From Azolla caroliniana (lineage: Eukaryota; Plantae; Polypodiophyta), in the NCBI GenBank assembly GCA_043228905.1, contig JBHGNT010001370.1:1-9328 (forward strand): a stretch of DNA of 9,328 bases, written 5' to 3'. The notes beneath the pieces were generated by a model. That model worked only from the letters and a program-made list of their open reading frames with translations, was not told the origin of the DNA and did not search any database. This document shows, piece after piece, positions 1 to 7,957 of this stretch. Positions within the stretch are counted from its first letter, which is position 1; each line of letters starts with the position of its first letter. A program made the translations under genes and the position numbers.

Positions 1-2
1 GT

Positions 3-778
3 AGCTCGCTCCTTAGTGAAAAGCTAGACTGGAGCAATTATTCATCTTGGGAGTACAAGATGACCCAATACCTTGTTGGCCAAGGGTATTGGAGCTACAT
101 CAACGACGCACAAGAAAATCGACCCCACTCAAAGAACGCTGACTACACAACATGGGAGCAAGCGGCGAGTCGAGTCATGTATTGCTTGGCAACATGTGTC
201 CACGACCACATGCTTAGCCACATTCAAGACGCCAAGACGCCTAAAGAAGCGTGGGCTAACTTAAAGAAAATGTTCGCCGCCAACACAACCGCCCGAAAGC
301 TTCAACTCCGACAAGAGTTGAACAACATTCGGCAAAAAGACATGTCCGTGTCGGACTATGCCGCAAAGATCAAGAGCATTTGCGACTCGCTTGGCTCCAT
401 CAAAATAAACATCGATGAAGACGAGATGGTTCAAGTATGCTTGGGTGGCCTTGCACAACGATTCGATCAATTACGGACGACAATCTTGGCGAGAGAAAAC
501 CCTCCTTTTTTCGACCTCCAATCAATGTTATTGGTCGAAGAGAACCATGTCCAAACCAAGACGAAGACGTCGGAAGGACAAATGTTCTTCTCAAGTTCGG
601 ACAGTAGATGCGAACGAGGTCATGGCGGTAGAAGAGGCCAATTCGGCCCATCACACGAAGGGACCAAAGCCATCAAGGAACCTTCGGAAGAAGGGGGAGC
701 TTCCATGCCGAACAAGGTCGGCAAATGAAGCCCGCAACTTACAACTATTGCGGAAAAATCAGCCATCGCGAGGAGTGC
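3..778 (+). pseudogene. gag: copia Gag (UBN2/Retrotran_gag_2-like) with degenerate CCHC zinc knuckle; frameshift near 640-670
   Basis: The frame is open from base 3 (SSLLSEKLDWSNYSSWEYKMTQYLVGQGYWSYI...AKTPKEAWANLKKMF...RKLQLRQELNNIRQKDMSVSDYAAKIKSICDSLGSI). The Gly/Arg-rich linker continues in the frame of 725 (HQGTFGRRGSFHAEQGRQ from 671) into YNYCGKISHREEC at 740-778, a CX2CX4HX4C knuckle with the first Cys as Tyr and one residue short. Confidence 0.9.
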
Positions 779-900
779 CGAAAAAGAAGAAGCGAGTCGG
801 CTTCGACAAGTCGACAACTTACAAATTCCAACGCCAACTCCGAATACGATGACTACGACAGACTATTCGTAATGAGGCATAGAGCAAACTCTATGTCTGC

Positions 901-944
901 CTCCGACTCCGCAAGCACCTCCAACTCCGCAAGCACCTCCAACT
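901..944 (+). repeat. 18-bp tandem repeat, about 2.4 copies, encoding SDSAST/SNSAST
   Basis: ctccgactccgcaagcac (901-918), ctccaactccgcaagcac (919-936), ctccaact (937-944). Confidence 0.9.
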
Positions 945-946
945 AG

Positions 947-1295
947 GAAGACGTGTGGTTCGTCGATTTCGACACCTCACATCATATGACGTCACACCAA
1001 GAGTGGTTTCGTGACATACGAACGACGGACCGACCCGGCTTCATAGAGACGGGAGACAACACCACACATCCCATTCGACACATTGGCAATGTCCCATTCG
1101 GGAAAGAAGGCGAGCAAACTTGCATCAAGAATGTCTAACATGTGCCCACAATAACAAAGAAATTGGTCTCCATCGGCCAAATTGTGGAGTAAGGCATGCA
1201 AGTCCGCTGCAACAACGAAGGATACTTCATCGAGAAAGATGGCCGAATCATAGCTAAAGGGCGGAGAGATGGTCGAATGTTCATCCTCGATTCGA
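947..1295 (+). pseudogene. copia aspartic protease region, inactivated
   Basis: EDVWFVDFDTSHHMTSHQEWF matches the copia W-x-x-D-S-G-A-S-x-H-M-T motif with DSGA changed to DFDT. It continues KNV*HVPTITKKLVSIGQIVE*GMQVRC, with in-frame stops at 944, 1136 and 1190. Confidence 0.9.
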
Positions 1296-2869
1296 ACAAG
1301 GTGAAATCGGCAATGTACGCTAAAGGTCTCAAAACCGAGACAAGCATCAAGTTGTGGCACAAGAGAATTGGCCACATAAACCTCCAACGGCTCCGAGCTA
1401 TGCAATCAAAGGGAGTGGTTATCGGACTTCCGACATTCGAGTCGAAACGAGTCGACCGAGTATACGAAGTGTGTCAACTTGGCAAACAACATCGACTCCC
1501 ATTCTCGAAGGAGAGCCACGTGAGCAAAGGCCTCCTCAGCATCATACACTCAGATGTATGGGGACCGGCTCAAACGTCAACGATCAGTGGATGCCGATTC
1601 TACGTCACCTTTATCGATGACTACTCGTGCTACACGTGGATCTTCCTGATGAAGAAGAAGAGTGAAGTGTTCTCCCACTTCCAAAAGCTCAAGGGCCAAG
1701 TCGAAAAAGAAACCGGTCAGCACATTCGATGCCTACGATCGGATGGAGGCAAGGAGTACTTCTTCGATGAATTCACCTCCTACCTCCAAAGTGAAGGCAT
1801 TCAGAGAGAATTCTTGTGCCAACACACCCCGCAACAAAATGGAGTAGTCGAAAGGAAAAATCGACAAATACTCGAGGTAACACACACCATGATGCATGAG
1901 AAGCACATGTCGAACTTCTATTGGGCCGATGCGGCATCCACGACTGTCTATCTCATGAACCGGTGCACCAACAATGGAGTCCATGAGCTAACCCCCTACG
2001 AGCTCCTCGTCGAAAGGAAGCCGATCCTGTCGCACCTCAAGGTGTTCGAAAGCATTGTGAATGTACGCATCCCGAACGAACAACGACAAAAGCCCGACAC
2101 GAAGCGAGAGGAATGTATCCTCATAAGATACTCGTCCGAGAAGAAGGCATACAAATGCTACAACCCTTCTACTCGAGCGGTTCAGGTAAGTCGAGACGTA
2201 GACTTCGACGAGTCCGCATCCTGGTACGCACCAGAGACAACATCGACTCCGACTCCGCTCGACCCAGAATCCGCCGAACGAGAGGTAGAAGATGGAGATC
2301 GCTTCGAACACATGTTTGAAGAAAGTTTGATTACGGCAAGGCCTAGTCGGCCACAAGAACCCCCACGCGACCCAAGCATGTCGCGACCAAGTACGAACTT
2401 GGACAAAGGCAAAGGTAAGATGCCCGAATACAAAGTCAATCACCCCGACGACAGTGATTCAGATGTGTCGGCTCCCTCACTAGACAATGAGTTCGGTGTA
2501 CCCATCATGCGAACACCCGGAGCAAAGAAGGCGCTAACATCGGCGAGCGAAAAACTTCGACGCTCATCTAGAGCTAAGAACCCCGTCACTCGGCTCGACT
2601 ACAAGTATATGGCCCATCAGTATGCCTTCGCGATGAAGGTAGCGGCCGAACAAGAGCCCAAGAGCTCCACCGAAGCAGCTCGTAACGGACGATGGGTAGA
2701 AGTAGTTGACCTTCACCCACACACTACAAGCCTTCGTCACTGGCTTGAGGGGAAGGAACCGAGATTGTCACGACAAAGAAAGCCGAAGGGCAGACGGAAG
2801 CACACAAAGCCGACGAAAGCCAAAGCGAATGTCGGACGCCTCACACTTGAGCTTGAGGGGGCATGTTGA
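1196..2869 (+). CDS. pol: Remaining open part of copia pol: GAG-pre-integrase/HHCC, integrase core (rve), SH3-like GKGY region, linker, then a non-RT basic tail; probably non-functional
   Basis: 557-aa ORF with LWHKRIGH (1352-1375), VYEVC (1460-1474; Cys to Tyr), IIHSDVWGP (D at 1553), RCLRSDGGKEY (D at 1742), QQNGVVERKNR (E at 1850; 35 residues between D and E), FYWADAASTTVYLMNR, and LIRYSSEKKAYKCYNP...VSRDVDFDES. No YVDD or RNase H ADIFTK-type motif is present. Confidence 0.88.
   Translation: MQVRCNNEGYFIEKDGRIIAKGRRDGRMFILDSNKVKSAMYAKGLKTETSIKLWHKRIGHINLQRLRAMQSKGVVIGLPTFESKRVDRVYEVCQLGKQHRLPFSKESHVSKGLLSIIHSDVWGPAQTSTISGCRFYVTFIDDYSCYTWIFLMKKKSEVFSHFQKLKGQVEKETGQHIRCLRSDGGKEYFFDEFTSYLQSEGIQREFLCQHTPQQNGVVERKNRQILEVTHTMMHEKHMSNFYWADAASTTVYLMNRCTNNGVHELTPYELLVERKPILSHLKVFESIVNVRIPNEQRQKPDTKREECILIRYSSEKKAYKCYNPSTRAVQVSRDVDFDESASWYAPETTSTPTPLDPESAEREVEDGDRFEHMFEESLITARPSRPQEPPRDPSMSRPSTNLDKGKGKMPEYKVNHPDDSDSDVSAPSLDNEFGVPIMRTPGAKKALTSASEKLRRSSRAKNPVTRLDYKYMAHQYAFAMKVAAEQEPKSSTEAARNGRWVEVVDLHPHTTSLRHWLEGKEPRLSRQRKPKGRRKHTKPTKAKANVGRLTLELEGAC
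2855..2863 (+). promoter_or_regulatory. Polypurine tract (plus-strand primer site) abutting the 3' LTR
   Basis: cttGAGGGGGca is immediately followed by TGTTGAGA, the usual copia PPT/LTR junction. Confidence 0.85.
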
Positions 2870-3069
2870 GAGATCAAGGTTAACTTAGTTTAGTTTGTTA
2901 GTTAACCATGTAACTTCGTAGTTACCTAGATAGAATCTAGTTAGAAGTGTTGACTATAACGCCTTAAATAGGACCTTCTAGATCCTCCACTCCTAAGTAC
3001 ATTTAATATAGGACTTACACTTTTGTGCCTATATTATCCTCACATATGTGCACCCTTGCACATGAGATC

Positions 3070-3077
3070 TATATATA
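3070..3077 (+). promoter_or_regulatory. Candidate LTR TATA box
   Basis: cTATATATAcc in the middle of the LTR, where U3 promoters are expected; motif evidence only. Confidence 0.45.
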
Positions 3078-3165
3078 CCTCATTTAAGTATTTTTGTATT
3101 TGATGATGATAATGCTAATTTAATATAGTTACTCATCCCCCATCTTGTGTTGTACATAAGTGTAT

Positions 3166-3203
3166 CTTCCTCTCTCTCTTCCTCTCACACACATACACAC
3201 ACA
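3166..3203. repeat. Compound (CT)n/(CA)n microsatellite inside the LTR
   Basis: cttcctctctctcttcctctcacacacatacacacaca. Confidence 0.8.
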
Positions 3204-3662
3204 TATCACTTAATCTTCCACTTATTAACTTAATCACATAATTAGGTATAATTAACCCTTGCTTAATTACCTAATTCTTAACAAAAGTTTTACCTCAAAG
3301 TTGGTTACCTCCACAGAAGTTTAGAGAGGAAACCTATTGAAGTGTTAGCTTCAAGCAAACCTCTTGTTATTGGTTTAAGTTGTTGGAGACAAAACATAAA
3401 GGGGTTCTAAGTGGATAACTCCCAAGTACAGCCACACATATGCTATGTCTCTACCATTTCTTCTATATGCCTTGTAAGGCCCAATATTTTATATTATGTG
3501 ACGATGATAACGGAATGCTACATCTAAAGGAACCACGGCCTCTTAAGGAGTATATATCAGAATCTATAAAAAACTGCTCATCGTGGCAGCAAAGAAAGGA
3601 AATAAGTGCTGCAGGGCCATTTTTCTAACATGTCTTCTGCAGCTAGCATTTTTTACTCTCAG

Positions 3663-3686
3663 CTAGATCTTCTCCAAGTTTCCCCT
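3663..3686 (-). CDS. Possible next or terminal exon of the coiled-coil gene (speculative)
   Basis: Minus-strand acceptor-like ctgattacatttatgcatcAG| gives RGNLEKI* in phase 0. Other frames give GKLGEDLAESKK and LAAEDMLEK, so it could instead be a longer frameshifted exon. Confidence 0.2.
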   Translation of the reverse strand, partial: RGNLEKI

Positions 3687-3948
3687 CTGATGCATAAATG
3701 TAATCAGACATTGCCTGATACTCTAAGAATGAAAAAGCTACCCAGACTGATCACGGGACAATGGGCAATTTAACAAATAGAGATCATGACAAAGAATAGT
3801 ACACAATGCAATTTGCCACAAGAGAAACATTTAGAAGTTAATTTAGGTAGGGAAAAGACAAATTATGCCTGTCATATGCAATGTAATATTTGCAAGACAC
3901 AAAAATTAGTTAGTTCTAAACATGAAATGGTTATAAATCATATATGAC

Positions 3949-4146
3949 CTTTGCTATAAGAGTCTTTTCCTTTTCCTTCAAAAATTTCTGCTGTTGTGAA
4001 ATATGATTCACTAGAATCTGCAGCTTCTTTTCTGACACATCAAGCTTTTCATGCAACATATCAAGCTTAGCTAAAGGCCCATCCAAAGCCATCACATGAT
4101 CCATCAACTTGTTTCCTGCCTTTTCAATCTCCTGTTGAAGATTGAT
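3949..4146 (-). CDS. Internal exon (198 bp, phase 0/0) of an unidentified coiled-coil protein
   Basis: Strong acceptor ttttgttttgtttttacttcAG| and donor AAG|GTcata. Encodes INLQQEIEKAGNKLMDHVMALDGPLAKLDMLHEKLDVSEKKLQILVNHISQQQKFLKEKEKTLIAK, which is E/K/L/Q-rich and heptad-like. Confidence 0.72.
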
Positions 4147-4569
4147 CTGAAGTAAAAACAAAACAAAAGCAGATTAAATGTTTCTTCAGGAATATTGCTG
4201 ATAACAAAAGAAAATCTTCATTAGAACACAAATGAGAGAATGAGAGAAGCCACATTATATCAAAATAAACTGACCAATATCCAAACTAATGAACACCATC
4301 AAAATAACTCCATGGAGCATTCTGAGGTGAGAACAAATGAAAAGACGGGAATGCATGTCTCCCCTGACAGAAGGCAGGAAAGAAAGTAAGGAATATTAAC
4401 GTCTTTTAAGAGGAAAAAATGATCTATGAGACCAATCAAGAGATTACATCTTACCATTGTCTCCTTATGAAGAACAACAAATCAAAATAAATCTATCAAC
4501 ATAAAAAAGTAAATAAAAAGTGACTAATGAATCTCAGTATGTATATGTCAGATAGATTATAATGTCTTT

Positions 4570-5720
4570 CTTTGAAAGACCTCCACCATGGGTGGATCCA
4601 CAATAGAGAGATCTTTGAAGCAAGGAACGCACCTGACATGGCAGAACATAATGACTGCCGATGACAAGGGTGACGTGATTGTGGTTCTCAAGGTAGGGGC
4701 CTACGTCCATGACAAATTGCTATTGCCTGATCTATTACCCTGTCTACTTAAATAAGCCATTATTCACTTGTAGTATGAATCGGAGTGATAGGGCTAAAGA
4801 AAGTTATGTGCTTTGTTGGTAAACTTGTGTGGTTGTATTGCTCTCCTGCAACAATTTCTCCTTGAGTCTCTTGGGTTCTAAGAAGAACAGTCCCAAGAAT
4901 TATAGGTCCTCATTTTTTGTTCCCTTTCATTGGGGACAAAAACCGTGGTTAAAAGAGGCAATGGTATATCACTCTTATTTGATAAAAAAAAACGGGGTGG
5001 GAAACAAAGTGTTCTTCATATTCCACTACCTGCTGGCACAATTGGTAGATTCTTTCTTCTAAGGGGTGCCTGCATATCTGTCTACCTCATTGACAACTGC
5101 CCTACCACACTGCGCAATGCATGCAATAGATATATATCAATATAAGAGGACCTGACAATGAATCCATCCTCAAATGTGTGTATAAAATATGCCTCTTTGA
5201 CAGCCATCTTGCTACCAAGAGATTGTGGGGCTAATCCATGTTTTTCTATTATTCAATTTAATAAATCAGTTTGGATCACTCTATTCTTTTCCTCTTTGGT
5301 CATGTTTAGATGGGAATAATCCAAACTTATATTGGAATGGGGCTAGTGCATTTACTTACGCATATGCCATGTGACTCGAACTATTCTTGCATTTCAGAAA
5401 ATTGACAATGATCATCTCTATGTTCAACAAGTTGTTTTGATCAATTGCCAACCTTGAGTTCCTATGCAAAATGAGCTCCAAAGCCGCTGGATACTAGTCA
5501 CTGATTACAATAATGCCTTGGTGATTCTCCACCCGAGTTATTATCATGAGCCAATGATGCTCTGCAGCTTATCATGTGGGCAAGGATTGAACCTAAAGGT
5601 CTCTCCAAATCTCTCCCATGAGTCTTGGAACTGTGTCTCTGCACATTGTCTTTAAAGAGCACCAAGAGCTGCATATACACTATAAAGTCAACCACAGGCA
5701 CTCTTCCAGAAGGAGAATCA
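4570..5720 (-). mobile_element. Decayed 5'-truncated non-LTR (LINE-type) retrotransposon fragment, region C-terminal to RT; boundaries approximate
   Basis: Minus-strand pieces read YAALGAL*RQCAETQFQD, RDLERPLGSILAHMISCRASLAHD, SVTSIQRLW, FESHGI, EDGFIVRSSYID, EERIYQLCQQVVEYEEHF (degenerate Cys/His motif at ~5005-5060), YHCLF and LGLFFLEPKRLKEKLL. There is direct nucleotide similarity to the 8850-9328 copy. Confidence 0.8.
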
Positions 5721-6518
5721 AGGCCCTGTGAATATATTCCTAGGTATGAGAGCAGGTAGAGTGAGAATGAACAAATAACCCTAAGCTTGTCAATTCAACC
5801 CTGAATTCCTAAAAGTCATAAAAAAACTTATATTTGTTGAATTATCTGGTAAACAAATAGTCACAGCCTTGTCAAATGAACAATATATATAGTGACTAAA
5901 AACCACAATCATTATGGTTGTGCTTGTCGCTAGATGGAAACATCCGAACAACTTGACATTATGCGCAACTGAATGGTCACGCATCTCAAATACCCTCCCA
6001 AAAATAGCATTCATCACTCCAAGGCCATAGATATTTCACCACATAAAATCCTAGAACTATCACTAGAGATGGGAAACGTTCTTTCGATGCCTGGCCAGAA
6101 CTAGAACACCAAGTTACTTGAAACAGGGATTGCTGATGCGACTTAGTTGAACTTCTACAGCCAAATTGTTTATTTCTTTCAGAATGGGTATGAAACATCA
6201 CTGCTTGTTTTAACTCTGGGTAGCACAGTTGTGCTTGAGATTTTTGTTCATTTCCAGATTAATTGTCAGCCAGTGTATATCTACCTATATAAAGCAAGCA
6301 GTAGATAAACAAGAGTATATGGCATCTATAGAGGCAAAGAAGTGAAAACTTTGAATATAATGTAGTTATAATGTTTGGAAGCAAAGATGATGTTACATTA
6401 GGATAGTGCTGGAAAATTTCTTAGCATCACCAATATTTAATTTCCGTGCTTTCTTATATTTCCGTTCATATAACAAAGCTTGCACAATTAAATTCTAATG
6501 AATAGAAAAGAACATTAC

Positions 6519-6806
6519 CACGTTTTGTTTCTGAGTTTCTAGGTTTGCTTTATCCTTTAAGAAAACTTCCATCTTATCATGGAATTCCTTTTCAACCCTT
6601 TTTTGGCATTGCTTAGCCTCCTTTTTCATAGCTTGAACTTCTTGAAATCTTCGATCGAGCTCAGCACTCTTTTGTTGTAAATCATGTTTTGTAGTCTCAA
6701 GTTGTTTTAATTCAGCCTCATATTGTTTCGCATGTCGTTCAACCTGTTTCATATTCTCTCTTTTCTTCTCCACAAATCCACAGATATTCTCTCAACCTCT
6801 CTTTTC
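6519..6806 (-). CDS. Exon of the same coiled-coil protein; disrupted near its 5' end or partly untranslated
   Basis: Acceptor atgctttatcttAG| (exon from 6806) and donor GTG|GTaatg (exon to 6519, phase 0, compatible with the 4146 acceptor). Encodes EKKRENMKQVERHAKQYEAELKQLETTKHDLQQKSAELDRRFQEVQAMKKEAKQCQKRVEKEFHDKMEVFLKDKANLETQKQNV, with an in-frame TGA at 6794-6792. Confidence 0.7.
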
Positions 6807-7062
6807 CTAAGATAAAGCATCATACTTAATGTCATTACCGTACAGGAAACAAGACAACTGAAACACTCAATATGTTGGCAATATTATCTTATCGAGGAAA
6901 ACCCAGTATCCAGATGGGAAGATATCATGGAGGACACAGGTTCCAACAACAACATGGCGGCCCCTAGATCCTAGCAATATCATACTGCTGAGAAACAAAA
7001 ACAGATAGTCACATGTGGAATTCCCCTGCAGAGAAAGAACAGCTGCGCAGCATCCCAATCAG

Positions 7063-7090
7063 CTCAATATGTGTACACTCAATATGTGTA
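7063..7090. repeat. Short tandem duplication (ctcaatatgtgta x2, 15-bp period)
   Basis: ctcaatatgtgta occurs at 7063-7075 and 7078-7090. Confidence 0.75.
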
Positions 7091-7957
7091 GCCTATCTCT
7101 AGCAATGCTGCCAATCAATCTCTACATGAAGCATTGGTTGATGCTATATAAGGTATAACTATCAAGACCAGCCAAACTCTTCATTTGTGATTATTAGGGT
7201 TGCCACTAGCAAAGGCCCAAAACATGTCTTCCTTGTAAATTAACCAAAACAGTTCCAACATAAATGTGTACAAGGGCACAAAATCCATGTATAAAGACAT
7301 GCTCTTAGTACCTCACAACAGAGGTAAATAAACAAAGTTCCAATAGTAATAAGAGAAATCGAAATCTTGGAGTTCAAAGAAGGATTGCAAAACAAAAAAC
7401 ACTAGGTGCATAGAAAAGATCATGATCTCTTTTCTTGAGAATGACCTCTACGATAAGAGGTTGTCATAGAGCACATGAAGAGAGACGTAGTCCAAGAGTG
7501 ACAGTTATACTATCCCAGTCAGCTTCTTTAGAATATATTTGCTCCTATTAATTTCTTACTTATTTCTGTTATATTCAACTTATTTATAATGTCAACAGTC
7601 TCTGATTTCCTCATAGTGTTTGTGTTTGAGGGTGATTACTATTGATACATAATTTATCAGTTGGTAGTCTCTATTTTTTGTGTCTTGTTTTATTGCTTCT
7701 GAGATTTTATATCTATATCTTTAAATCAATACTTTCAAATAGTACTTCCGAAGGATTGTTGGTATTGTGACATAAAATCGGTGAGATATTTTTCTATATT
7801 TCAATTGGCCTCTCCATTCTTAATCACCTCATCATGAAGAATTTCAGAGGGCAGCATTTCACTCTTCCGAGAAACTATTGCTCTTGATTAGTTCTGGTAA
7901 CTGATTTATCATTCTTCTTGAGCTTCTGCAATATTTACTAAGTTAGATTAGTATACC

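Larger units (their letters stand above)
1..3283 (+). mobile_element. Ty1/copia LTR retrotransposon, degenerate, lacking RT and RNase H; 5' LTR and PBS lie outside the window
   Basis: Domain order gag - zinc knuckle - protease - integrase (integrase directly after protease is copia order), followed by a purine tract at 2855-2861 and a TG...CA bounded LTR at 2864-3283. The internal region is visibly more GC/CpG-rich than the flank. Confidence 0.96.
2864..3283 (+). repeat. 3' long terminal repeat, about 420 bp
   Basis: Starts TGTTGAGA right after the PPT and ends TCTTAACA (7/8 inverted match), with a sharp shift to AT-rich sequence. The right end is inferred from the inverted terminus only, because the 5' LTR is not in the window. 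Confidence 0.8.

Noticed and set aside
630-730. Programmed ribosomal frameshift between gag and the zinc-knuckle frame
   Set aside because: No clear slippery heptamer, the shift falls before the knuckle, and the element has other lesions; a simple indel is more likely.
261-2443. Multiple antisense and alternate-frame ORFs over the copia body (e.g. 415-852, 992-1405, 1988-2443)
   Set aside because: Shadow ORFs of GC-rich gag/pol coding sequence with no recognisable motifs.
4829-5655. Plus-strand short ORFs (4829-5062, 4930-5145, 5464-5655)
   Set aside because: Antisense to the LINE remnant; chance ORFs.
5790-6290. Minus-strand ORFs 5790-6017 and 5986-6201 and an acceptor-like site near 6285 as extra exons
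   Set aside because: No consistent frame between splice-like sites and no recognisable protein character.
7305-7470. Small hairpins (tacctc...gaggta; atgacctct...agaggttgtcat)
   Set aside because: Stems are too short to exceed chance, and no MITE or miRNA-length structure is present.
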